Source of the DNA: Spironucleus salmonicida
Lineage: Eukaryota
DNA: 64,000 nt
Direction of reading: 5' to 3'
Assembly: GCF_000497125.1 (NCBI RefSeq)
Contig: NC_090603.1
Coordinates: 124,001-188,000 of the forward strand
Shown: in pieces, positions 1 through 11,944 of the stretch
How positions within the stretch are numbered: the stretch's first letter is position 1
Layout: every line of letters starts with the position of its first letter
Notes under the pieces: generated by a model
The model's database searches: none
What the model saw: only the letters and a program-made list of their open reading frames with translations
Told to the model about the DNA's origin: nothing
Made by a program: the position numbers and the translations under genes

Positions 1-445
1 TTGAAAGAATAGGTTAGCAGAAAAAACACTCTACTTAGAGGCAGAGAGTTGCGTGCACCTAATATGTAGCAAACTACTTTCTAACTCTAAAAAATATTAT
101 ATATAATCTATGGATAATTTTTCGTAAATAATATGCGAACGGCTCAGTGCTATGCGCACGTGCACAGAAATACGAAAATCACAATTACACATCCTCACTG
201 CTTAGGCTGCTTGAACCCCCTGATATCAACCAATATCTGAATACCGGCCGCCAAAACCCCGCCCAATATCCCGCCAAGCCCAGTTATTAGGTAAAGCGGC
301 AGTAACGAATAAAGGTCGGACTAGTCAATGGTTTCAAAAATAGGAAGGCTAATGGACTGGTATCTGGCGATACAGTAAATTTCGCCTCTATTTATAAGGG
401 CAGAGATTTATTATATTGCGCTCACATTCTATATAATAAATTCGA
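1..445. repeat. Direct duplicate of 29647-30091, probably continuing left of the window
   Basis: Near-identical from TTGAAAGAATAGGTTAGCAG to AATAAATTCGA, then abrupt divergence. Confidence 0.92.
195..445 (-). pseudogene. 3' fragment (TM and tail) of the type-I membrane protein family at 29841-31472
   Basis: Encodes EFIIQNVS...LYLITGLGGILGGV..AGIQILVDIRGFKQPKQ-TGA; sequence beyond 445 is unrelated to the intact gene. Confidence 0.75.
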
Positions 446-1124
446 TTGATAATTTACCAAATATATGACATAATTGAATTGGTGTAGTAAAAATACGCGT
501 TAATAACGAGAAGGTAAATAAAAAATTGCGTGTATTTGATGATCTTTAGGAAATGATTCTCAAATAAGCTGGAGTTTTAGGTAAATGCGCAATTTACTAA
601 AATAATGAGCTGCAACTTCATGATGAATGGTTACAAAAACTCTTGTAAATTATCGTATATTTTATGCATTTCAAATATTCAAGTTAATTCGCTACCTTAT
701 ACATTATTTGTTTACTATATTTTATTTTATGATTGGTGCTAAATGAATTAAATAGTAATACATTGTATGGTAAATAAGATTTTTAGTGTGGACTATATAT
801 TATGCTTGGAATGTATTATACAATATCTCAAAATTCTATACAAACCCCGAATAAAATAATTTATATTTACTTGTATATTACGTATTTATGTTTAAAATTA
901 TAAATTGAAATTCTACTATATTTTCTGAATCTAACAAATATATGCCTGGTTTCTTCTAACTTCTACGTATTTATCGTTAATATTACTAAGCTTAAAAAGC
1001 GATACGTCCTCAAATATTATTCCTTCCTTTATATTAAACTGTACAAGAAACTAAGAAATGAACAAATTTTAATTTGAAGTTTACTGTAAATACTGAGATT
1101 GTGGTTTTTCCGCTTCTTTATAAA

Positions 1125-3200
1125 ATGTCATCCTACATATGCAATGACAACAGATGCCCCAGCGGTACTGTATGCCCATTTTACGCATCAACTGGTCAAG
1201 ATAAAATGTGTCGTCGTTGCAAGAATTATAATTGTGCCAGTTGCCTATCAAATGTGCTATCGCAATGCATTACCTGCAATTAGGGCTATTTCCTTTAAGA
1301 TTGGACATGCAAGCTTTGCCAAGCCGGTTGCAGAACATGTGAGAACGATTATGAATGCACTAGTTGCCTTTCAGGATATAAGTTGGATCAACGTTACTGT
1401 TATAAGTGCTCAGATAACTGTATTGACTGCAACACGTATGGTGATTGCAATATTTGCGGCCCAGGATTTTTTACTGAAGGTGGCCCTAACTGCCATAAAT
1501 GCAGCACCGGCTGCGTTAAATGTACTAACTCAAATAATTGTTCTGCTTGCTTCGATGGCTTCGAACTGGGCGGAATGGTCTGTAAAACATGCTCCATCGG
1601 TTGTAAGACCTGCAATAAGGGAGTTTGTACGTCATGCAGATATTCATTTGCGTTAAAGGACGGCAATTGCACGTCGTGCCCTGAAAACTGCGGCAAATGC
1701 ACAGCCGAAGGCTCCTGTATCACTTGTCAAGACGGAAGTTTCTTGAAGAACGGCATGTGCGTTTCGTGCGGTGATAACTGCATGGACTGCAAATCCGACA
1801 GTATGTGCCGCCTCTGCAAGGAGCGGTACGACATTCAGAGCGGGAAATGCATATTAAACGAATGTAACGATGTTAACAAATGCACTGACAATAAATTCTG
1901 CGCCAGGGATCCCGCGGGCAACAAGTGCGTCACCTTGCCCAAAAACTGCGTTGACGCTGACATTTCCGGAAACTGCATAAGATGTGAAAATATCTATGGG
2001 GTAGAAGACGGCAAGTGCGTGTACTGCGCAGTATATTGCAATATCTGCATTTCACCTAAGCAGTGCACCAAATGCTACGAGAACTACTTCCTCAAAAATG
2101 GCGTATGCACCAGCTGCTCCGACGGGTGCAGGTCCTGCGAAAGTGCGACAAAGTGCACGAGGTGTTGCCTGGGATATACGCTGGATCAAGATATTTGCCA
2201 AAAACAGGGGCCTCGCGAGTGCTCCAAGTCCAAGTCCTGCCCAAGTGGCAAATTCTGCTTGTATTACCCCTGGATAAGCACGTGCGAGACCTGCGCTGAG
2301 GGCTGCTCCGCCTGCTCCGATATCAAGTCCTGCACCGCCTGCATAGATGGCTACAGGTTGCATGAGTAAACGTGCGTTAAGCAAATTTGCACAGACTCAA
2401 AATAGTGTCATTATGATACATTTTGCGAGATTTTGCCTACCGGCAATATTTGCACCAACTGCTCCGAGGGGTGCAAGTTCTGCAGTACCGCAACAAAGTG
2501 CACGAGATGCAACCTGGGATATTCGCTGGACGGCGATATTTGCCAAAAGCAGGAGTCCCACGAGTGCACCAGCGACAAAGCCTGTCCAAGTGGCAAATTC
2601 TGCGAGAAGAAATACTTGAATAACACGTGTGAGAACTGCCGGGAAGGCTGCACCACTTGCACAGATTCCAGAACATGCCTTTAGTGCGCTGGAGGATATT
2701 TCAGTAGCAAAGGGACGTGCTAAAGCTGCAGCCAGAACTGCAAAAGCTGCAGGGATTAAGACCTTTGCTACGCATGCCAAAACGGGGCCGAAATGGTCGA
2801 CGGTCTCTGCGCGCAGCCGGTTTAGAGGATGAGCGGTGGGTCAATCGCCGGGATCGTTGCTGGGTTGGTTCTGCTTGTAGGGCTCATTGGTGGCGCTATA
2901 GCATTTGCGGTCGCGAGGAAGCGGAAGGTGCAGCGTTCGGTCTAGGGCGATTTGGAGGTGAAAAGGAGAATATCTAGCTTTAAGTAGACGACGACAGCAT
3001 TTGGAGCAAAGTCTCGAAGTGATAGTATTTGGTAAAGTTTATTGGTGTGTGATGAGTTAGGAGGTTTAAGGTACAGGATGAGCTGGGTGGGGAAGTGGCG
3101 GCAGAGTGAGAATGAAAAATTGTTGGTGGGTGGTAGGTGTGAATGTGCAGGGGCAGGTCTGGAGCGCAAGGGATGCAAAATTCAAAAATAGCTGGGCTGA
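1125..3200 (+). CDS. Cysteine-rich membrane protein (CXXC-repeat, VSP/CRMP-like), copy 1, tail frameshifted relative to copy 2
   Basis: Track ORFs 1074, 1383 and 2433 join in one frame with TAR=Gln; dense CXXC; TM GGSIAGIVAGLVLLVGLIGGAIAFAVA then RKRK; A4 at 2961 (A5 in the paralog) puts the TGA at 3020-3022 out of frame, next in-frame TGA 3198-3200. Confidence 0.85.
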
Positions 3201-3792
3201 TAATTTCACATTCAGCAAGCTTGCTTAACGAACAGGAGCCGGCAATCGCTGCGATACTTCGAAATAGGCTCTAGCTTCTAGCGCTATCCCTGAATGCGGT
3301 AGGCAGCGCACCCAGGTCTGGTAATATCGGAATACGGAGCGAGTGCATCAGGCATCTGGACCGGAATCCTGCCGCCATGGTTTGGGCCATATGGCAGCAC
3401 TCCTCCTTACTGTGTGCAGCAAACAGCCACCCAAAGTAGCAAAGCGGCTAAACACGCAGTTGAAGCACGCTGCGCCTAGAAGCTTCGATGGGACTAGTAG
3501 CTGGGGCTGGTGGCATTAGGGGTGGCAAGATGGGGCAGTATGCGTGCGCCGGGAACACCCAGGCGCATAGTAGCAAGGGGTTATGAAGCCCATGGCGGAG
3601 CACGCGTATATTTTTGATCCAGCGCTACCTCTCAGAAGGCTGGCGCCCAAATAAATGGTAAAGGCATGCCAGGGGTGCGAAGGGTAGGTGGGATTTGCGC
3701 GACTCTAGGGATGCTAATTGAATGCATGCAACGGATTTACCTTAGATGAGTAGGCCACCGATAAGAATATTCGGCTTCCGGCGCTTAACAGT
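2731..3792. repeat. About 1.06 kb near-identical direct repeat of 15262-16324 (CRMP 3' end plus downstream DNA)
   Basis: Matches from GCCAGAACTGCAAAAGCTGC to GCTTAACAGT with few differences. Confidence 0.92.
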
Positions 3793-4233
3793 GCCAAGCA
3801 GTAGGTACCCTCCAGCAGTAAGTAGTCAATACCAAAAGCCACTTAGGGCAGTCTTCAGTTTCAAAAGTGGCAAGCCATTTTTTATGACCGCGATGTGATC
3901 ATAACATGCCTCGCTGCCTTTAAAACTAAAGCAAACAAAAGTTACTTTTAGTATGAGCTACTTACTACTATAATAGTTTTACTTGTAGATAGATAAAAAT
4001 AAATAACGAACCACAAAATGTGAACCACAAAAAAATAAGAAGAATATAAATATATGTGTCTAGTATGCAAATTTTCACTTTATTCTGAGTACTAGATGAA
4101 ATTTTAGTTTTAGCCTGAGTTTTCAATATTTATAATGATACTTGAGGGATAATAAGTGCATATACCTTGGGAACCAATTTTCAGAACCACAAATTTTATC
4201 ATGTATATATACTAAAATAATTATATTTAAGTA

Positions 4234-4250
4234 AAGTCCCACTCCCCAAA
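4234..4250 (+). promoter_or_regulatory. C-rich element immediately upstream of the ATG
   Basis: AAGTCCCACTCCCCAAA-ATG after an AT-rich stretch; similar tracts precede kinesin, nagB and HDAC. Confidence 0.55.
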
Positions 4251-5423
4251 ATGCTAGGTGTTGTGTCTCGTGGCATCCGCGCTCCGATCATCAAGCAGGG
4301 AGACGAAATCCGCTCCATCGTGGTCGATACCGTTCTCAAGGCGGCCCAAGAAAACTCTGTGACCCTCCAGGACCGCGACGTGGTCTGTATCACCGAGTCA
4401 GTCGTCGCCCGCGCCCAGGGCAACTACGCCTCCACGGCGGCCATCGCTGCCGACGTCCGCACCAAGACAGGCGGTGGTACGGTAGGGCTGGTGTTCCCCA
4501 TCCTGTCCCGGAACCGCTTCTCGATGCTCCTCAAGGGCATCGCGCAGGGCGTGGACAAAGTGGTCATCCAGCTGTCCTACCCGGGCGACGAGGTAGGCAA
4601 CCTGCTGTTCCCCATTGAGGCTCTGCTCGCCAAGGGCATTAACCCCCACTCGGACCACTTCACAGAGGCCGCCTTCCGCGCCCACTTCCCGAGCACCATC
4701 CACCAGTTCACCGGCGTAGACTACATCGAATACTACAAGTCCGTCGCCGGCCCCAACTGCGAGATCGTGCTGAGCAACGACCCCGCGCACATCCTCGCCT
4801 ACACCGACGTCGTCATCGCCGCGGACATCCACTCCCGCGGGCGCACCAAGCAGCGTCTGCTCAGTCAAGGCGCGCGGACCGTGCTCTGCCTGGACGACCT
4901 GCTCACGGCCAGCGTGGACGGCTCCGGCTTCCAGCCCCAGTTCGGGCTCCTCGGCAGCAACCTCGCCCGGGACGACCAGGTGAAGCTCTTCCCCCGCGAC
5001 TCGCAGGCCCTGGTCGAGCAGATCCAGGCTGACCTCCTGGCCCGCACCGGCAGGACGCTCGAGGTCATGGTCTTCGGCGACGGCGCCTTCAAGGACCCCG
5101 TCGGCGGCATCTGGGAGCTGGCGGACCCCGTGGTGAGCCCCGGCTTCACTGCGGGTCTCAGCGGGCTCCCCAACGAGATCAAGCTCAAGTACGCCGCCGA
5201 CAACGAGCTGGACGGGCTGAGCGGCCCGGAGGCGGAGCAGGCCATGCGCGCCCTCATCAGGCGCAAGAGCGCGGACCTGGTGGGTAGCATCGCCGCGCAG
5301 GGCACCACGCCCAGGGCGCTGACGGACCTGCTCGGGAGCCTGGCGGACCTCACCACTGGCAGCGGCGACAAGGGCACCCCGTTCGTGCTGATCCAGAACT
5401 ACTTCAAGAGCTACGCCGAGTGA
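4251..5423 (+). CDS. Coenzyme F420-0:L-glutamate ligase (CofE-family)-like protein, bacterial type, probable lateral transfer
   Basis: 390 aa; motifs RGIRAPIIKQGD, DRDVVCITESVVARAQGNY, FPILSRNRF, GDGAFKDPVGGIWELADP, GTTPR.LTDLLGSLADLTTGSGDKGTP recognised as the Firmicutes-type family; high GC3; ends GAG-TGA. Confidence 0.85.
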   Translation: MLGVVSRGIRAPIIKQGDEIRSIVVDTVLKAAQENSVTLQDRDVVCITESVVARAQGNYASTAAIAADVRTKTGGGTVGLVFPILSRNRFSMLLKGIAQGVDKVVIQLSYPGDEVGNLLFPIEALLAKGINPHSDHFTEAAFRAHFPSTIHQFTGVDYIEYYKSVAGPNCEIVLSNDPAHILAYTDVVIAADIHSRGRTKQRLLSQGARTVLCLDDLLTASVDGSGFQPQFGLLGSNLARDDQVKLFPRDSQALVEQIQADLLARTGRTLEVMVFGDGAFKDPVGGIWELADPVVSPGFTAGLSGLPNEIKLKYAADNELDGLSGPEAEQAMRALIRRKSADLVGSIAAQGTTPRALTDLLGSLADLTTGSGDKGTPFVLIQNYFKSYAE

Positions 5424-5482
5424 CGTTTTCCTGTTTATCACGAGGTGCCGCGGGAGACGACCCCGAGTGACACGAAAGAAGC

Positions 5483-5722
5483 TCACGGAATGCCGGCCAG
5501 CCCCACGAACAGGGCGAACACCAGGCTGCTGAGGACGCCACAGAAGACGCCGACGCGCAGCTCCCCGGGCATGCTGCTGTGCAGCACGAAGGGGAGCGCC
5601 AGGACGTTGAACACGAGCCCCACGAGGATCCCGCACACGATCGCCAGCATTTTCTGGAAGCTGCTCATGACGCAGTTCACCGGCTATACGACGTTCCCCA
5701 GCCCCTCCAGGTTCCTCTCCAT
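5483..5722 (-). CDS. Possible small two-TM protein or frameshifted remnant
   Basis: MERNLEGLGNVVQPVNCVMSSFQKMLAIVCGILVGLVFNVLALPF...VFCGVLSSLVFALFVGLAGIP; a GC3-rich frame starting near 5793 (MRALNLEVEQQSDD) is shifted relative to it. Confidence 0.3.
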
Positions 5723-5860
5723 CACGAGCTGACCAGGTTATAGTCACTCTGGTCGTCGCTCTGCTACTCCACCTCCAGATTGAGCGCCCGCATCGGCGTC
5801 AGGGTAGCGCGGGCCGCAGCTAGGGGGGCTGCCTACGCTCCTTTTCCTTTCGCACCAAAA

Positions 5861-7633
5861 ATGACAGATGGTGCGCGCGCGGCAGACCGCAGCGGGGATG
5901 CTGCCCCAGAGTCCCAGGGCCTCATGACTACCACGCTACCGGCCGCAGCCGAGCTTCCCGATCCCCCCGTAGCACACCTCTCGCTCGACGGCAGGTGGGA
6001 CGCCGCAGTGCGCCTGGATGCTCTGACCAGCCTGGCCCTCGCCGATATGGACGGGACGGAGCCGCTCAGGTACGTGGAGAACGTGCGCGATCTGCGGCTG
6101 GAGCGCGTGAGCGGCAAGATGGATGTCGGCCCCGCCCTCGCCAGGCTCACCATCGTCGACTCGCCCATTATGTGCCGCAACCCCCAGGGCCGCGACCTTC
6201 CGAACCTGACCGAGGTAATCATATCATGTACGTCAAAGGAGTTTTCAGAACCCTGCGAATTGGCCAGCAACTGGCAGCCGCTGCTCAACATACTATAGGG
6301 GGCGAAATAGCTGAAGAACATGACACTGAATCGTAGCGGCACGCCTTACGCGAGTGTGCCGGATATGTCCGGACTTAGATAGCTGGAGATGGTAGCTCTC
6401 AATGGAATAACTGGCAGTATCTACTTTCCCCCCAGCCTGCGGAGCGTCACCCTCACGGATTGCATCGATTCGATCTTCTAGTGCGATGCCGATTCACTGC
6501 CGGACCTGCGAGAGATATTCCTCGATGATGTGTACTGTGATTAACCTTCCTTGAATAACATATTGGGAACGGCTAACGGGTTGCGGAAGCTGACGTTGAA
6601 ATATAACGGTTCCTATTACGATGAGTATTAAGTGTGTCCACCATAAATATCTAGACTGAAATAGCTGGAGACGCTGGTGCTTGACAGAATAGAGGGCGGT
6701 ATCTGTTTTTCCCCCAGCCTGCGGAGCGTTACCCTCACGGATTGTATTGTTTATAACTTCCAGTGCGATGCTGAGTCGCTGCCGGACCTACGAGAGATCT
6801 TCCTTTACGATGTTTACTGTCATTAACCTTCCTTGAATAACATATTGGGAACGGCTAACGGGTTGCGGAAGCTGACGTTGAAATATAACGGTTCCTATTA
6901 CGATGAGTATTAAGTGTGTCCACCATAAATATCTAGACTGAAATAGCTGGAGACGCTGGCACTTGGCGGAATAGAGGGCGATATATGTTTTTCCCCCAGT
7001 TTGCAGAGCATCACCCTCACGAAGTGTACCGTTAATAACTTCCAGTGCGATGCCGATTCACTGCCGGAACTACGAGAGATAGTCCTGGAGGGCGTAACCA
7101 ACGAAAGCACCTCCTTGGCTAGGGTGCTGCAGCTAGCACACGGGCTCTAGCGGTTTATCGTGCGCGGAACGGCTGAGAACTGCACCGCGGTATTGGAGCT
7201 ATACCTGCAGCCCTCGGTCATGATGCTGGAGCTCGATAGGGTGCGTCTGGAGCGGCTGGTCCTGGTCGGTGCCCCGTACGTGGAGCGGCTCCGGCTCCGC
7301 AACATCTGCATCCCGCCGGACCAACTGTCTGTGCTAGACAGGCTGGTGAGGGTCAGAACGGTCATGCATCTGAACGTGAGCTGCATTGGGGTGGGTTCCG
7401 GGCAGCAGGATGCCGCCAGCCTGTAGCAGTTCGCGCTTCCGGCCTTCATCCGGAGGCCTGGTGTGGACATTGACCTGGCCGTCCGGGTTGGGCAGTTGTA
7501 CGTCCAGCGGGACAGCATGGTGTACCAGGAGGGCGATTCCCAGCCGGTGGCGCTGCCCACGAGGCTGGCGGCGTTCGTGTACCGGCAGAAGATAGAGCCG
7601 CTGGTCGTCCTGTGCGGGGCGCTGGTGGAGTGA
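5861..7633 (+). CDS. Leucine-rich-repeat-like protein, 590 aa
   Basis: Single frame with TAR=Gln joining track ORFs 5780 and 7160; LxxLxxLxL-like units (LPNLTEVII, LRQLEMVAL, LPDLREIFL, LKQLETLVL); ends GAG-TGA. Confidence 0.75.
6380..7090 (+). repeat. Internal 282-bp (94-aa) tandem repeat, about 2.5 units
   Basis: TTAACCTTCCTTGAATAACATATTGGGAACGG at 6541 and 6823; CCCCAGyyTGC at about 6431, 6713 and 6995. Confidence 0.9.
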
Positions 7634-7658
7634 GCCGCTTCGAATCGTTCCGCTCCCA

Positions 7659-10500
7659 ATGCGGTCATTCTCACGTTGTACGATAAGCACCTGCGCTCGC
7701 GGCAGCCCACCCAGCCTGGTCGGCGGCTCTTCGACTACCTGCTGGGCGAGTACTCCGGGATCTATTACAGCGCGGTCCTTGGCTGCTGCGGCTTCGAGAG
7801 CGCTGTGAAGGTGTTCCTATGCGAGGGCCTTACCTACTACTGGGTTGTCCTCCACGAGTGATTTATGTTCCCCACAATGTGCTCCCGCACAGCGACCCAG
7901 CGCCACGGCCTTCCAGGTGTACCCAAACAGCATCTTGGCCGGCCCGCTTCCCAGCGGCCTGTGGTGGAGGTAGGTCACCTACAGCAGCGCTCCTGGTCCA
8001 GTAAGGCCAATCGCCTGCAAGATACCCGTGCAGCTGCAGCCTCAGCAGGTGTACCGCGTGCTGACCCCGGCTCTGACCGTGAGCTTGACGTACACCGTTT
8101 CGCTCATTTCAGAGGCACAACTATTAGATAATATTAGGGGCAAATTTCTATTAATCCTAAAAATGAGCACGCCAGAGTTGCAGTAAGAGACCATGAAGCA
8201 TCTGCTGTCCCTCAGTGGCGTATCCTACCGTCAAACACGATAGTTATACAGGTGCGGCTCCCGGTATCCGTGCAGCCCCTTGGGACTTCCTCACCTTCGA
8301 TTCCGCGCTCAACCACGCTGAGGAGGTGCAGGATGTACCAGAAAATGAAAAATTCAAGCAGCAGCCAAAATTGAAGAGTACGATCCTGAAGAGCACGGCA
8401 CCAAACACTTTGAACCTCTTCACCCCGGAGCCGCAATGTTCAAACTTCACGTTCAACGTATCAGAATACGCGCTGTAAGTCGGCAAGCAGCAGAAACTCC
8501 CAAAGGACACAGTAATCCACTACCTGGTGTCGCTGACCCAGAAGCCGTTCTAGCCCTGCAAGGGAGCGAAGTCCACCCTAGCGTTCGACGTTAATTTCGA
8601 TTCATCTAATCTCTACTAGTTATTCAAATTCACGGTACGGCCACCTACGTATTCTACCTGCTCCCGGACTACCGGAAGATCAGCAGCGGCTTCTGGTGGT
8701 TCTTAGGCAGGGCGAATGATGCGAAGTACCAGTTCCGCATTAACACTTTCAGCCAAATGCGCCTCCAGAACGGGCGCCAGGTATTAAAATCCGCAGATGC
8801 AGACCTAGTGACAAAATTCCACACTCCACAAGAAACTTCGGGCTCGGCGGTTCCTGCGGCGACCACATGGGGTTCGTATACTGCGACTGGCACTGCTCGC
8901 GGTCCCTGCATCAACCGAGTGCTGGGCGGTAACCTTCCCCCTCTACACGACCACCGATGCTGAGTTTTTCACCTACTCGTACCTGCGGCATCTTTACCTG
9001 CCGGACATAATGCACCAGGTGGGAGGAGTGCGGTTCATGCGAACTTAACACTCAAAAACTTCGAGTACTCCGCGAACGTTCTGAACCAAATCGTCAAAAA
9101 AGTCGTAAAATGATACCATCGAAAAAGCGGCCTACAGCTTCATTTCCAGTATGGAAAACACCAGTAAACGCTGCATTTCGCGAGTAACTACGACTATATG
9201 CACATTCCACACATCAATTACCTAAACTCGCTGAAAAACGACGAATTCGCCAAACCGAAGAAGCTGAAAAACTCTACATGCCTCAACCAGCCCCGTTCAT
9301 CGAAATCGCCCGGACACAAAATCCGATATCGCAATCTCCGCTATAATCCCAAACGACACCTACCAGATTGCTCACTTTACCGACTTCTTCTTGACCGAAA
9401 GCTCCACATTTTCGAAAAGCAGTGCTAAACGATCGCCGCTACACCGGAAAAGTGCATTACGTCCATTCTATGAAAGAACTGATTTAAAGCCCTTCCTTAT
9501 CGCCGTTTTCCCGCTCCCAAACATACACCCGGAACCCTCTGAAATTCGACCAAAAACTCAGTCAGCGCAAAACAACACATCCAGAGTCATGCACTCCCAG
9601 ATTAAGCAGTATCATGCCCCCAAACAGCACATTCTTGCGACTTCGCGGAGGGGGTTTCGAGCCCGGAAAGCGAAATTCAGACCTTCGAAAAAGTGCGAAT
9701 TCGGTGATACTGCAGTAGGCTTAGAAGTTATAATAGTTGTAATAGTTATAATACTATAATACTATAATACTATAATAGTTCGTGGACGAACCTCCAGAGC
9801 CGCCTCAACGAGGAGTCTGTGAGATGCATCGAGCAGGGCGGTCCGAAGGCGTCCTGGAACATGTCGCGGATAAGCTCAAAAACGTCGAGACCGAGTTATC
9901 GCAGATCGCTCGCGAGCTTGTGCAGAAATTCGAGCATTTGACGGTCGTTTCGGCGGCATAAAAAACGTCTTCACCGCGATTTTGAGCAAGAAATAACGTT
10001 GCAGGCTCACTTTCAAGGCTGATCTGAGCAAATTCTACGGAAAAACCGATATTTCAAAATATAATTATTTCGATATATAAGAGTATTAAAATTTTGGAAT
10101 TACATTACCCGCTTCGATCGCTAACCAGGCTAAAGATAATTTTGCGCTTTTCGACGAAATATTAGAGGATCAGCATGCCTAGTGCGCGAACTAGTGAAGC
10201 GATTCGCTCAGAATTCCCGTTACGTGATATAACACACTATCGCTGCTGAAATCGCCAGATCTGCACCCCTCATGCAAGAAAATGCTGAAATTTTAACTCT
10301 GGGGCTTGCGAAGAAGTTAGATATTCAGATGAAGCCCCTAGAGAAGAGCAATCTCGTAATTGACCTGAACCGGATCTTCGGTTTTAAGCAGGAGCTGAAG
10401 CTGTTAGCATCGTAATTGATTCTGAATCAGTAAGGGCTGAAAGGCTCAAAATGAGCGGTATCATAAAATAATGGTACCCTAGGATTGAGAAAAATTAGAA
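7659..10500 (+). pseudogene. Long degraded GC-rich gene remnant(s) of unknown family
   Basis: Successive coding-like segments in shifting frames with in-frame TGAs; no recognisable domain; boundaries approximate. Confidence 0.4.
9747..9778 (+). repeat. (TATAATAC)n microsatellite, 4 units
   Basis: TATAATAC x3 plus TATAATAG. Confidence 0.85.
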
Positions 10501-11944
10501 GAAATGTAGTAGTAAGGAACGCAGAGGAAACTGAGCAAATGCTTGATCTATTGTATAAAAATTAAAAACGGTTATGATCCCTAAGGTAATCTGAAGGTAA
10601 AGCATGTCAAGAATTTTTTCCTATTTGATGAGTGAAAGTATAACATCAAATTTGGAGCATTAAAGTTTAATACCACTTTATTATACTTAAAAAAGATTAA
10701 TTTTTATATTAATAAGGTTGAATGATGACAGACACGATAGAAAAAAACTTATATGAAACAACGAAGAAAATAGTTAAGTAGAATGTATTCTGCTATCGAA
10801 TGTAAAGTAAAACATAAATACGTAAATAATAAATATAAATCAATATAAGAACTAAAATATGATTAGCAAATATCTTACGAGTTAAAATTTGAATACTATT
10901 TATTAAGACTAGAATAATAATTGCAATCAAACTCTTAGACATCATCTAAATTATATAATTAAATTCATTAATTAAGAAGAATAATGAATCTTGCAGAGGT
11001 ACTATAAAGATTGACATTTTAGTATTCGATAATATTTCAATAATTAAAAGGATTTTTTTAGTATTAATAAAATTGAATGGCATCAAATTCAATTAATTCA
11101 GATAACACAAAATAAAATGGAAGCCCTGAGGCGTACGATTCCTAAAGGGATCACAAAAATAAAAATGGTGTCTAAAAAATCAATAACAATAAATATAAAT
11201 TAACTTTTTTGAATACTTATTTTTTTAATAAATAAAATGAACAGATACGCAGTAATAAAAGATTGAGAATCAAAAAATCTTATAAAGAAGCGATACCAGT
11301 TCCATAAAAATAAGATACTGTAGAATAATATTCAAAAGAGGTGATCAAAAATATTGACTCAAGTAAAGTAAACTTCAGTCAAGCCAATTATAATAATATC
11401 ACTCATCTTTATTAAAGTTTGAAGAGGATAGTAATAATGCGAAATTTGGGCATTATAGCAAAATATTAACAGCGAGATATATTTCGTTAGAACTAACAGA
11501 TAGAATATTGTATGACATGGTCGAATGAGTTGTAGCGTTATCAGAGTACTGTTTTAATGGTAAGAAATAGGGTGACGTCAGACTATACAACACGATGAGT
11601 ATTTTAGATACGATTCTGTAAGAGAACTAATCAACCTCATCTAAGGTATGTAAGATTTATTTATAAGAATTAATTAATAGAGTTTTAAAAAACAATAAAC
11701 GAAAAGATTTCATTAAATTAGTTAGAATCTAGTTTAAATAATAACTAAAACGTTAACATGGTGTGGAATGTGAAAATATTTATTTTTTTTAAATCAGTAA
11801 TAAACGACATATACTATTTTTTCGTTTAATGGAAGAGTGATTTTATACTCACTTCTTTGTATTCGAGTATGTTAAATAGTTGGATGAGCTGGTTTTCTAA
11901 AAACTTAGATATTTTGTGTCGTATTATGAATTGTAAACTTATGG

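Noticed and set aside
480-732. Plus-strand segment LQLHDEWLQKLLQI reminiscent of dynein heavy chain
   Set aside because: Too short, no P-loop follows, no clear start
1099-1656. Hydrophobic 185-aa ORF (and 13648-14223)
   Set aside because: Alternative frame of the Cys-rich genes; TGY codons read off-frame give Ala/Val/Met richness
4398-5747. 449-aa minus-strand ORF
   Set aside because: Antisense shadow of the GC-rich CofE-like gene; no motifs
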